64,000 nucleotides of DNA, from positions 176,893 through 240,892 of the forward strand of contig JAVJSW010000049.1 in assembly GCA_040219255.1 (NCBI GenBank). Reading direction: 5' to 3'. Source of the DNA: Sumerlaeia bacterium (GTDB lineage Bacteria > Sumerlaeota > Sumerlaeia > SLMS01 > JAHLLQ01). Positions 1-11,148 of the stretch are shown here, piece by piece (the stretch's first letter is position 1; every line of letters begins with the position of its first letter). The position numbers and the translations under genes were made by a program. The notes under the pieces are model-generated. The model worked only from the letters and a program-made list of their open reading frames with translations. It was not told where the DNA came from and made no database searches.

Positions 1-32
1 GTGCCGATCCTTTTGGCGGAGGCGGAAAGTAG

Positions 33-449
<417 letters not shown>

Positions 450-482
450 TCGTTCTCTCAGCAAGGTTGACGACCCCCAATC

Positions 483-1316
483 ATGACGACTCTTTCCACG
501 GACAACCGGATCGAAGCGCTCTTTCGCCGCACCAGGGAGGAAAACCGCGCGGCTCTGATCCTGTATCTGACGTCGGGTTTTCCGAACGAGGAAACGACCC
601 GCAGGCTCCTGCCGGTGCTGGCGGAAGCGGGCTGCGACCTGATCGAGCTGGGCGTTCCCTTTAGCGATCCGATCGCCGACGGGCCGACGATCCAGAAGGC
701 GTCGAGCGTCGCGCTCGACAACGGCATGACGCTCTCGAAGACGCTGGAGATCGCCCGGGAATTCCGCGCCGCCCACGAGACGCCGCTGATTCTCTTCGGG
801 GCGCTCAATCCGTTTCTCAAGCGGGGTCTGGAGGCGAGCGCCAGGGCCGCCAGGGAAGCCGGTGCGGATGGGTTTCTGGCCGCCGATCTGCCCGCCGAAG
901 AAGCCGACGAGTTCGCCGAAATCTGCGAGCGCGAGAACCTGAAACTGGTCCTCCTCGCCGCCCCCACCAGCCCCGACGGGCGCCTGCGCGCCATCGCCGC
1001 GAAGTCCACCGGGTTTCTCTACTGTATCTCCAGCCGGGGCATCACCGGCGCCCGCGATACAATGGGTCCCAACGTGACCGAGTACCTGGGCCGCGTGCGC
1101 GCCCAGATCGAAGCCACCGGCAAGCCCCTGCCGCTGGCGGTCGGCTTTGGCATTTCCAAGCCCGAGCACGCCGCCCTGATGGCGCCGCACTGCGAAGCGG
1201 TCGTCGTCGGCAGCGCTCTGATCAACCTGATTCAGGAATGCGCCAACCGAGGCGAAGACCCGGCCGAGCCCGTGCGGGCCTTCGTCCGCGCCATGGCCGA
1301 CGCCACGAGGCGCTGA
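483..1316 (+). CDS. trpA: Tryptophan synthase alpha chain
   Basis: IELGVPFSDPIADGPTIQ, GITGAR, AVGFGIS, VVVGSA motifs. Confidence 0.97.
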   Translation: MTTLSTDNRIEALFRRTREENRAALILYLTSGFPNEETTRRLLPVLAEAGCDLIELGVPFSDPIADGPTIQKASSVALDNGMTLSKTLEIAREFRAAHETPLILFGALNPFLKRGLEASARAAREAGADGFLAADLPAEEADEFAEICERENLKLVLLAAPTSPDGRLRAIAAKSTGFLYCISSRGITGARDTMGPNVTEYLGRVRAQIEATGKPLPLAVGFGISKPEHAALMAPHCEAVVVGSALINLIQECANRGEDPAEPVRAFVRAMADATRR

Positions 1317-1360
1317 CGCTCGGTAGGCCTGGGTCCGATTCCCCCATCATGAAAAACGGA

Positions 1361-1396
1361 AGAAGCCGCCCGGCATGGTCGCGGGCGGCTTCTTTC
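1361..1396. terminator. Probable bidirectional intrinsic terminator
   Basis: AGAAGCCGCCC...GGGCGGCTTCT stem between convergent genes. Confidence 0.7.
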
Positions 1397-1425
1397 GTTG
1401 GTGCGATCGGAGAGTGTCGGAGGGC

Positions 1426-2628
1426 TTACGGAGCCGAGGTGTTGGGCTCGACCGGCGCCGGGGCGGCGGAGGTCGTGTAGGGTTCGCGCACGACCATGCT
1501 GAAGGGAACGGTCAGTTCCTGGGCGGCGCCGGCGGCGTTGCCCTTGACGACGAGAGTGCCGCGATAGGCGCCGATTTCATCGGGAGCGGTGACGCTGGCG
1601 CGCAGGCGCGGCGTGGGGGTGTCTTCCCCAACGAGTTCCAGGCCGAAGCCGATCTTTTCCGCGTCCACCACTTCCTGGCTGGTGCCAAAGGTGGTATTGG
1701 TGAGTTCGTAGCCGGTGAGTTCGAAGGTCTTGCCGGGGCGGACCTTCATGGTCAGGGCCTGGGTCTTGGAGTCGCCGGGGGAAACGACGCCAAACCAGAG
1801 GGTGTTTTGAATGATTTCCACATCGCCGCTGATCTGGCCGGTGATGAGGGCGGAGAACATGGGGTAGTCGGCGTAATCGGTGCGGAGCGTCAGGTTTCCC
1901 GCGAGCCGCTTGGCCGTGGAATTCTCCGGCACCGTCAGGGTCACAGGCGTCCGGGTGCCGGTGCGGCCCCCTTCTTCGGTGTACTCTTCCGGCTCGCCGA
2001 CGGATGTCTCGACGGGGATGTTGTCGGGGCTGATGCTGACGTTGAGGATCTTGACCTCCACATCGGGTTCGAAGTCGTAGAGGTAGATCGTCTGGGTGGC
2101 GCCTTCGTTGGCATCCACATCGCCGAAGTTCACGGTGCGGTCGGACAGTTCGACCTTGCGAACCACATCGCCCGCCAGATTGAGGGCGACGGTGGGCTGC
2201 CGCTCATAATCGGTCATCAGCGTGATGGTCTTGCGCTGGGCGCCGCTGCGGCCGCGGGAGTTGAAGGTGGCGCGGACCGCGTCGCCTTCGCCGGGCTGGA
2301 AGGTGCGGCCGATCAGTTCGTCCTTATTGCCAGCGGTGCAGCCGCAGGACGTGCGCAGATCGGTGATCTTGATGGGTTTGTCACTGGTGTTGACGAAGGG
2401 GAATTCAACCTTGGCTTCCGCGCCTTCGTCAATGGTGCCGAAGTTCACCGTTTGGGTGGTGAAGGCCAGACCGGGCGAGGACTCCGCGGCGGGACGGGCT
2501 TCCGGGGCTTCCTTCATGTCGACGGTGCCGGGCAGGGGCTCGGCCTGTTGACCATAAGCCATGGTCAGTGGAAGCGCCAGAAAGCCGGAGAGAAGAAGAT
2601 GGCTGGCGCGGAATTTCAGAGGCATCAT
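1426..2628 (-). CDS. Secreted DUF1573-type Ig-like domain protein
   Basis: Signal peptide; NFGTI...FPFVNTSDKPIKI...TSCGCT motif followed by repeated Ig-like segments. Confidence 0.8.
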   Translation of the reverse strand: MMPLKFRASHLLLSGFLALPLTMAYGQQAEPLPGTVDMKEAPEARPAAESSPGLAFTTQTVNFGTIDEGAEAKVEFPFVNTSDKPIKITDLRTSCGCTAGNKDELIGRTFQPGEGDAVRATFNSRGRSGAQRKTITLMTDYERQPTVALNLAGDVVRKVELSDRTVNFGDVDANEGATQTIYLYDFEPDVEVKILNVSISPDNIPVETSVGEPEEYTEEGGRTGTRTPVTLTVPENSTAKRLAGNLTLRTDYADYPMFSALITGQISGDVEIIQNTLWFGVVSPGDSKTQALTMKVRPGKTFELTGYELTNTTFGTSQEVVDAEKIGFGLELVGEDTPTPRLRASVTAPDEIGAYRGTLVVKGNAAGAAQELTVPFSMVVREPYTTSAAPAPVEPNTSAP

Positions 2629-2688
2629 GGATGCGATTCTCCTCGTGATTGCGATACGTTTCGGGACGGTCCCGAAGATGAGACGAGA

Positions 2689-3576
2689 TTATCCCGTGGG
2701 AGGTTTGTCGTCGGACAGAACCGCGTTCAAGCCCCCACTGGCGAACCCGGCCAAATCGAGCGTGATCCAGCGGAATCCGAGTCGCCGGTATTCCCGCACG
2801 AGGCGGTCACGGTGCGCAAGGAGGATTGGAAACGCCTCCGGTTCGACCTCGATGCGGGCCACTTCGCCATGATGGCGGCAGCGCAGGTTCCCCGTGACGC
2901 CGAGACCCCGCAGGTACTTCTCCGCCAGGGCGACCTGCGTCAATTTGTCCTCCGTGATGCGCTCGCCGTAGGGCACCCGGCTCGACAGACAAGGCGCCGC
3001 CGGTTTGTCGTGGTTCGGCAAGCCCCAGCGCTTGGCGATGGCGCGCACTTCGGCTTTGGTGATGCCGCAATCGCGCAGCGGCGACAGCACGCCCCGCTCC
3101 GCCACGGCCTTCAGTCCCGGGCGGTAATCGCCGCCGTCGTCGGCGTTCGTGCCGTCGCACACGGCGCCAAAACCCTCGGCCCGGGCCACCGCTGTCAGTC
3201 GGTCGTACAGCTCGGACTTACAGTAATAGCAACGGTTGGCCGGGTTGCTGGCGTAGTTGGGGATGGCGAGTTCGCTGTACTCTATGACGCGCAGGGCGAA
3301 GCCGTGCTCCGCGGCGAGGCCCTCGCACAGCGCCACATCGTCGGTGGTGTTCGATTCGCTCTTGGCCACGACGCCCAGCGCCCCCGCCTCGAGCGCTCGG
3401 TGGGCCGCCGCCATGACGACGGTGCTGTCGACTCCGCCGCTGAACGCCACCAGCACCCGCGGCCCCAGGGCCCGCAGCCGGGCAAGGAGGGCGTCGATTT
3501 TCTCGTCGAGGGTCAAATCCGGGGTGGTGATGGCCAGGGCAGACAAAGGGGAACTCCGCGCAGGGGGTAGGGGCAT
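2689..3576 (-). CDS. larE: ATP-dependent sacrificial sulfur transferase LarE-like (PP-loop)
   Basis: VAFSGGVDS PP-loop, RCYYCK, DGTNADD..DYRPG, CLSSRVPYG; start codon uncertain. Confidence 0.88.
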   Translation of the reverse strand: MPLPPARSSPLSALAITTPDLTLDEKIDALLARLRALGPRVLVAFSGGVDSTVVMAAAHRALEAGALGVVAKSESNTTDDVALCEGLAAEHGFALRVIEYSELAIPNYASNPANRCYYCKSELYDRLTAVARAEGFGAVCDGTNADDGGDYRPGLKAVAERGVLSPLRDCGITKAEVRAIAKRWGLPNHDKPAAPCLSSRVPYGERITEDKLTQVALAEKYLRGLGVTGNLRCRHHGEVARIEVEPEAFPILLAHRDRLVREYRRLGFRWITLDLAGFASGGLNAVLSDDKPPTG

Positions 3577-3820
3577 CGCCTGCAAAGGGCGCGCCGCCGA
3601 GAACTTTTTAGAGGTTGGGGGCGGGTTCTGGCAATGGGGAGTGCTTGGAGGCTTCACAAATCTTTGGGAGAGCGGGGCGGGCGGGGGGAGACGGAGAGCG
3701 CGGAGGGAATGTCGTGACGCAACGGCCTCATCCCGCCGTTGCGTCCGCCGCGCCGCTGTGGCATCGGTGCGCGGCTGATTTGGCCCCGGGGGGCTGGTGG
3801 AGGTTCGTTTGCCGATGCGC

Positions 3821-4648
3821 ATGAGGGTGATTGTGACGGGGTCTGGGACCTCGACGGGGGTGCCTCCCATCGGGTGCGAGGCGCCGGTGTGCCTGTCCGG
3901 CGACCCGCGCAACAAGCGCCTGCGGTCGGGGCTGTACTTTCAGGAACTCGGCGGCCAGAGCAGCCCCCACGCCCCCGGCGAGCACCCGCTGGCCTTTATC
4001 GTGGATTGCAGCCCGGATTATCGCCAGCAGGCCCTGACCCACAAAATCAACCGCATCGATGGGGTTTTGCTGACGCATTCGCATTTCGACCACGTGGCGG
4101 GTCTGGATGATTTGCGGATTTATAATTTCCGGCAAAAACACGCCCTGCCGCTCTATGGCCCGGCGTGGACGCTGGACGATGTGCGGCGGCGCTGCGATTA
4201 TTTCTTCAACCCGCCGCAGGAAGGCGGCGGCGTGGCCAGTTTCGACCTGCGCCCCGTGGACCCGGCGGTGCCTTTTGTCTTTCTCGACCGCCTCGCTGTC
4301 GAGCCGGTGCCGGTGAAGCACGGCATCGCGGACGTGTTCGGTTACCGGTTCGGCGATTTCGCCCACATCACGGACGCGAGCGAAATCCCGGCGTCGTCTC
4401 TGGAGAGACTGCGAGGCTGCCGCGTGCTGATCCTGAACGCGCTGCGCAGCCGTCCCCACTCGACGCACCTGAGCCTCGACGAGGCGGTCGAGGTGGCGCG
4501 GGATCTCGCCCCCGAGCAGACCTACTTCGTCCACATGAACCACGAACTCGATCATGAGGAAACGAACGCCAAGCTGCCGCGCGGAATGGCGCTGGCGTAC
4601 GATGGCCTGGCCTTCGAGATCGAGGCGCGCGAGGCCACCGCCGAATAA
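3821..4648 (+). CDS. MBL-fold metallo-hydrolase (PhnP-like phosphodiesterase)
   Basis: GSGTSTGVP.IGC, THSHFDHVAGLDDLR, H.NH motifs. Confidence 0.9.
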   Translation: MRVIVTGSGTSTGVPPIGCEAPVCLSGDPRNKRLRSGLYFQELGGQSSPHAPGEHPLAFIVDCSPDYRQQALTHKINRIDGVLLTHSHFDHVAGLDDLRIYNFRQKHALPLYGPAWTLDDVRRRCDYFFNPPQEGGGVASFDLRPVDPAVPFVFLDRLAVEPVPVKHGIADVFGYRFGDFAHITDASEIPASSLERLRGCRVLILNALRSRPHSTHLSLDEAVEVARDLAPEQTYFVHMNHELDHEETNAKLPRGMALAYDGLAFEIEAREATAE

Positions 4649-5046
4649 TGGCCCGCAAACCGACCTACTATGAGGTGCTGCAAGTCGCCCCCGACGCCGA
4701 CCGCGAGGTGATCCTGGCGGCGTACCGGACGCTGCAGAAGAAGCACCATCCGGATAGTGGCGGTTCGGAGGAGATGGCGCGGCTGCTGAACGAGGCGAAG
4801 GGCATCTTGCTGGATCCGGCGCGGCGGCGGGCCTATGACGAGTATCTGACCAGCCGCAACCGCCCGCGCCCGGCGGCGGCTTCCGGGCAAGACTGGGAGG
4901 AAGGCTCGGGCCGCCTGCCCCGGGTCATCCACAACCACGAGGCGGAGGAGGAAGACGGGGCGGAGCCGATCGTGTGGATTCTGGTGGGGCTGGTGGGGGG
5001 GCTGATCGGAGTGGCATTGCTGGCGTACGCGACAACAGTAAATTAA
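4648..5046 (+). CDS. J-domain protein with C-terminal membrane anchor
   Basis: YYEVLQV...AYR...HHPD...LNEAKGILLDP..RRAYD; C-terminal hydrophobic helix. Confidence 0.9.
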   Translation: MARKPTYYEVLQVAPDADREVILAAYRTLQKKHHPDSGGSEEMARLLNEAKGILLDPARRRAYDEYLTSRNRPRPAAASGQDWEEGSGRLPRVIHNHEAEEEDGAEPIVWILVGLVGGLIGVALLAYATTVN

Positions 5047-5193
5047 TGGTACCTGTCAAAAATTAACTTCCGGGGCCCAAAATTGGCCCGCTCCAATGCA
5101 ACAATTTGCTTGATTGTGGCTGCCTGGGGGAAGCAGGCTCGGCATTGTGTCTACGACATGGAGTTCAAGTTTATTTTCTGCAAGGAGTGCCTC

Positions 5194-6738
5194 ATGAAGC
5201 ATTCTCATCTTTTGGCCATGCTGGCTGGGTTCGCGGCCGTTCCCGTTCTGGCCCCGGCTGCCACCGCCTTCGTCGACGGCGTGACCACCACGACCATTGA
5301 AGCGGCTTACGCCTCTCTGAACCGCGCCGACGGCGAAGCGGACGTGATCGACATCGTGGGCGACGCGACCTCCGCGGGTCTCTACATTGACAGCAACGGC
5401 GCCACGAGCGACTCGCTGACGATCGAAGGCAACGGCAACCGGATCACCTTCACCGGTGAACTGGCGAACTTTTCAGCTGGTACCGGCTCTCTGATCGACG
5501 TCGACGTCGCGGCGGGGCAGGAAGTCCGTTTCCAGAACTTCACCATGGTGATCGACTGGGCATCGAGCGGCACGATCGGCCGGACAAACGGCATCCTTGT
5601 GGACGAAGCCGACGGCGTCGGCCCGAACGGCGCCATCGTGGAATTGAACAACGTTCAGCTCCGTATGGTGGACAGCGCCAACAACCTGATTCCGCTGGGT
5701 GACAACCCGGTCGGTTCCTACGGCATCGCGTTTGGCGGCGGGTGGTTCTCGACGCCGGCCAGCACAGCGCAATTCAACTTGGTGGACTGCGTGATTCAGA
5801 CCAAGCACGTGGAAACCGGTGGTTTCGCCAGCGGCTGGGAGTTCTACCTGGACGACATGGCTGCCCTGGTCGACAATTGCTCCTTCTACACTTACGGCCC
5901 GGACGATGGTTCCGGCGGTGGCGATTCGCTGTTCTTCAGCGCCGCTAACGGCGCCGATATCACCGTGCAGAATACCTATCTGACGGCGGAATCGCAGGGC
6001 ATCAACAACAGCAGCAGCAGCGGAATCGGCACTGCGTCGACCACGCTGTTGCTGGACACGATCGTTGTCGAAAACTGCGGCGACTTCGGCGTCGAACTTG
6101 ACGAGGGCGTCGTCACCATCGTGAACTCGAGCTTCCTGAACAACGGCCAGGAAGGCCTCAAAGTCGTCGACGGCACCACGGTCGTCACCGGCATCACCGA
6201 CTCGGTCTTCTGCAACAACGCGTTCTACGGCATCGAGTTCAACGAAATCGACCTGAGCGTCGATCCGATCATCTCGGGCTGCCTGTTCGTGAACAACGGC
6301 AGCGATTCGGGCCACCAGGGCCAGTTCCGCATCGGCGACACGAACGCCACGACGGCGACGCTGACGATCGTGAACAGCACGTTCCACGACGCGGCCACGA
6401 CCTACGCGATCCGCATCAACTCGGCGCTGACCAATGCCGACATCGACGGCTGCATCTTCACCGGCGACGCCGCCGAGCAGGCCGTGGAAGTGACCGGCTC
6501 CGGTTCCTCCGCCACCATCGACGACAGCGCGGTCGTCCTGATGGCGCAGGGCGATGGCACCTTCACCAACATCACCACGGTCGATCCGTCCTACACGAAC
6601 ACGAACTGCCCGCCGGACGCGGACAGCTTCGACATCAACGACCCGGCCTACTTCACCGCCGGCCCCGGCGGCGCGCAGCTGACCGGCTTCGGCGATCCGA
6701 ACCCGGCCAAGGTCGGTTCGTGGCGCATGCTCGACTAA
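5194..6738 (+). CDS. Secreted right-handed parallel beta-helix protein
   Basis: AAGGAG RBS before ATG 5194; signal peptide; repeated (I/V)xNSxFxNN / GI motifs; acidic composition. Confidence 0.75.
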   Translation: MKHSHLLAMLAGFAAVPVLAPAATAFVDGVTTTTIEAAYASLNRADGEADVIDIVGDATSAGLYIDSNGATSDSLTIEGNGNRITFTGELANFSAGTGSLIDVDVAAGQEVRFQNFTMVIDWASSGTIGRTNGILVDEADGVGPNGAIVELNNVQLRMVDSANNLIPLGDNPVGSYGIAFGGGWFSTPASTAQFNLVDCVIQTKHVETGGFASGWEFYLDDMAALVDNCSFYTYGPDDGSGGGDSLFFSAANGADITVQNTYLTAESQGINNSSSSGIGTASTTLLLDTIVVENCGDFGVELDEGVVTIVNSSFLNNGQEGLKVVDGTTVVTGITDSVFCNNAFYGIEFNEIDLSVDPIISGCLFVNNGSDSGHQGQFRIGDTNATTATLTIVNSTFHDAATTYAIRINSALTNADIDGCIFTGDAAEQAVEVTGSGSSATIDDSAVVLMAQGDGTFTNITTVDPSYTNTNCPPDADSFDINDPAYFTAGPGGAQLTGFGDPNPAKVGSWRMLD

Positions 6739-6788
6739 GCGTAGTGGGCGCAACCTCCTCCTGGATGTGCTAAGTTGAGAGAAGAACT

Positions 6789-6824
6789 GGGCTCCTTCCT
6801 TCACCGGAGGGGGCCCTTTTTCTT
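6789..6824 (+). terminator. Intrinsic terminator
   Basis: GGGCTCCTTCC-loop-GGAGGGGGCCC followed by TTTTTCTT. Confidence 0.75.
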
Positions 6825-6892
6825 ATGGCGGCGCCCGCCTCCAGGCGGGCACCATGGCGGCGAATTTTGCCCATGGAAGAGAATGCCGCGAC

Positions 6893-7537
6893 ATGTCCGA
6901 ACTGAGAGTGGAAACCCTGCCTGTGGGGCCGATGCAGGCCAATTGCTATCTCCTGCGCGACGCGGCGCGAAAGGCCTGCGTCGTGGTCGATCCGGGGGGC
7001 GACGCGGACGACATCGTGGAGGCCATCGGAGATGACCGCGTCGAAGCGATCTGGCTGACGCACGCCCATTGCGATCACATCGGCGGTCTGGAGGCGGTGC
7101 GGCTTAAGACTGGCGCGCCGGTGTGGCTGCACGCGGCGGAGGCCGATTGGCTTTCCGACGACACCAAGAACCTGGGCGCTTTCATTGGCCTGGAAATCGA
7201 GCCGAGCCGCGCCGATCATCATTGGGGCGACGGCGAGGAGTTGGAAGGGCTGGGGCGGACGTGGCGGATTCTGCACACGCCGGGCCATTCGCCCGGCTGC
7301 GTGGTGATTCATTGCGCGGCGGAAGCGGCGGCCATGGTGGGCGACCTGATCATGCGGGGCAGCATGGGGCGGGTCGATTTTCCCGGCAGCGACCCCGCCG
7401 CGATGGACGAGAGCCTGAAGCGCGCGGCCCGCGAGCTGCCGCCGGAGACGCGGCTTTTTTCCGGCCATGGCCCCGGCACCACGATGGCGGCGGAATTGGC
7501 CTCGAATCCTTTTCTGTTGCAGTTGATGCGCGGTTAG
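6893..7537 (+). CDS. MBL-fold hydrolase (glyoxalase II/YcbL-like)
   Basis: NCYL..VDPG, THAHCDHIGG, HTPGHSPG, GRVDFPG, GHGPGTT. Confidence 0.92.
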   Translation: MSELRVETLPVGPMQANCYLLRDAARKACVVVDPGGDADDIVEAIGDDRVEAIWLTHAHCDHIGGLEAVRLKTGAPVWLHAAEADWLSDDTKNLGAFIGLEIEPSRADHHWGDGEELEGLGRTWRILHTPGHSPGCVVIHCAAEAAAMVGDLIMRGSMGRVDFPGSDPAAMDESLKRAARELPPETRLFSGHGPGTTMAAELASNPFLLQLMRG

Positions 7538-7578
7538 GGAACTTCGATAATTCAGAAGCAAAGTAGAGGATTCGCCCG

Positions 7579-8601
7579 ATGCCTCTCCAAGCCGGTCAGT
7601 ACGATGAGCGCCGCGGTGTCCTGAAGGTCCTGCTGGACGAGCACGGCGAGTTGGAGCGGCTGGGCTGGAGCGAGGGCTATTGGCGCAACCCGCTGGTCTT
7701 GTGCGTCACGGGGGTCCGGGGGGCGCGTTTTCGGGGCGAGGACGCGCTGGCTTACCTGCCGTGGTTCTTTGTCACCGTGCTGGAAATCGCCGCGATCCAC
7801 GCGGCGATTCATTCCTTCGTGCCACCGGGGGTGATGGTGTGGTTGGGGCTGCCGCTGATGGTGGCGGTGATGCTGCTGGGCGGCTTTTGCGGCGCGGTGT
7901 GCCAGACGCTCCACGCCCGTCAGGTGATGCGGCGCTGGAATCTATCCGAACTGCTGCTGACAAACCTGACGGCGCCTGAAATTGCCTATGGCTTTTCGGC
8001 CCGGCCCTTGGCGATTCAGAAGCGGGCCATTTGGGTGAACAGCGCCGTGGCGCTTGTGCTGTGGACGGTGTTCCTTGCCGCCGCGCTCAGCACAGTGCTC
8101 GGTGTGGGCGAGGCCGTCATGCTGCTGATCGTTTACACGGTCTGGCAGTTCCTCATCCGCGTGATTGTGGCCTATGGAGCTGTGGGGGCCGGCAGCGCCC
8201 TGGCGCTGCGCGAGATTCTGCTGCGCGGCGGCGAAGGCGCGGGCTGGCGCGCAGCGGGAACCTGGACCCTGATGGCCTTTTTGATTCTGTTCGCCTTCGA
8301 ACTGCTGGTGTTCGTCTATCCGATGACAGTCGGCCAGGCCTCCGCGTCCAATGGCTTTGCCATTCTCAGCGCGATCGCTAGCGTTGTCGTGGGCGGACCG
8401 ATCCTGATGATTTCCGTCGGCGTGGGTTTCTACCATTGGGAGGAAGCCATCCAGAAGGAAATCCTGGCGCGGCGCGGGGAATGGCGCCACACGGCTGACC
8501 GGCGCGCGCCCGCTTCCTCCCGCGAGGCCGCGCTGACCATGGCCCGCGATGTCCTCGAAGGGTTGCGCCTGAGCCTCTGCAAACGGGTGGTCCGAGGGTG
8601 A
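7579..8601 (+). CDS. Multi-pass membrane protein (ABC-2 permease-like), paralog of the next gene
   Basis: Several hydrophobic helices; RNPLVL..TG.R, LSELLLTNL.APEIAYG. Confidence 0.6.
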   Translation: MPLQAGQYDERRGVLKVLLDEHGELERLGWSEGYWRNPLVLCVTGVRGARFRGEDALAYLPWFFVTVLEIAAIHAAIHSFVPPGVMVWLGLPLMVAVMLLGGFCGAVCQTLHARQVMRRWNLSELLLTNLTAPEIAYGFSARPLAIQKRAIWVNSAVALVLWTVFLAAALSTVLGVGEAVMLLIVYTVWQFLIRVIVAYGAVGAGSALALREILLRGGEGAGWRAAGTWTLMAFLILFAFELLVFVYPMTVGQASASNGFAILSAIASVVVGGPILMISVGVGFYHWEEAIQKEILARRGEWRHTADRRAPASSREAALTMARDVLEGLRLSLCKRVVRG

Positions 8602-9572
8602 AGACAATGGCGACCTCCACCTCCCAATCCTCCCCGGCTCCCATCCGCCGCCGGCACGGCCCCGCCTTCTGGCTGCGCGCCTGCGCGTTTCTGCGGCTGC
8701 CGGGCACGGAAAAGCTGCTGCGCAACCCGGTGGTTCTGCATATCACGGGTCGGCGGCGGGGCTTCCTGGCGGAGGATGTGGTGGCGCTGACGCCGTGGGT
8801 GCTGCTGAGCATTGTCGAGGTCGTTTACATTCTGGCCAACTGGGGATTCCAGAGCCCGATGGCGTTACTGCCGCTGGCGTTGGCGGAGGGCTTCCTGGCC
8901 CCGCCGTTGGCCGGATTCGCGGCGGGTTTCGCCCAGGTGTTCCATGCGCGGAACGTGCGCGGCATCGTACCGCTGGAGCAATTGGCGGTCACAAAAATCC
9001 GGGGCGAGGAATTGACCGACGGCCTCGCCGCGCGGCCGGTGCAGCTTCAGACGCTGGCGCTCCTGGCGAATACCCAGATCATCCTGTTGCTGTTCCTGGT
9101 GAATGTCCTCTCGGGCGGCGGTTTCTGGGTGATGTGGCCGACGCTGCTGTGGGTGGTGGGATTCCTGGTGCTGCGGTGGCTGTTCGCCCAGGGCAGCTTG
9201 CACGTCGGCTCGGCGCTGGCGTTGCGGGTGTGCCTGCTGGAAGGCGAGGAGGCGGTATGGATGGCGCAGGCGGTCAAGGTGCTGCTGCGGCACTATGCAA
9301 TGTATCTGACCTTCGTGGCGGGGGCCGGGCTGAGCCTTCTATTTGCGGGGCGCTTCGGCCTGCCGCCGGTGCTGGTGGTGATGTTCTGGGTGCTGGCGCT
9401 GTTCCGGCTGATCGCCGAGAGCGCGGACGAAGCGGGCCGCATCCGCCGGGGCATCGCCGCCGACCGCGATTATTGGTGGCTGGCCCGGGGCGCGGACCGC
9501 ACGGACTGGGATTTCCGGCCCAGCCTCTACCGCCACCAGAAGCGCGCGCGCATCGTGGTGCGGGATCGGTGA
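8598..9572 (+). CDS. Multi-pass membrane protein (ABC-2 permease-like), paralog of the previous gene
   Basis: RNPVVL..TG.R, LEQLAVTKI.GEELTDG; overlaps the upstream stop (GTGA). Confidence 0.6.
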   Translation: MKTMATSTSQSSPAPIRRRHGPAFWLRACAFLRLPGTEKLLRNPVVLHITGRRRGFLAEDVVALTPWVLLSIVEVVYILANWGFQSPMALLPLALAEGFLAPPLAGFAAGFAQVFHARNVRGIVPLEQLAVTKIRGEELTDGLAARPVQLQTLALLANTQIILLLFLVNVLSGGGFWVMWPTLLWVVGFLVLRWLFAQGSLHVGSALALRVCLLEGEEAVWMAQAVKVLLRHYAMYLTFVAGAGLSLLFAGRFGLPPVLVVMFWVLALFRLIAESADEAGRIRRGIAADRDYWWLARGADRTDWDFRPSLYRHQKRARIVVRDR

Positions 9573-9576
9573 GGGC

Positions 9577-11007
<1,431 letters not shown>

Positions 11008-11074
11008 AGTGCGGCTCCTGGGGGAACGGTGAGGGGAGAAGGATAGCGACCTTCGCACCAAGGCAAGAATGGGA

Positions 11075-11143
11075 CACGGAATTCACAGAGATCGGAGTTT
11101 CGCGAAGGGGAAACTTTCTGTGTTCATCCGTGCAATCTGTGGC
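11075..11143. repeat. REP-like imperfect palindrome (CACGGA/CACAGA...TCTGTG/TCCGTG)
   Basis: Intergenic stem-loop built from short CACAGA/ATCTGTG units; a related CTCCGTG-rich tract lies at 13381-13412. Confidence 0.45.
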
Positions 11144-11148
11144 AAGAA

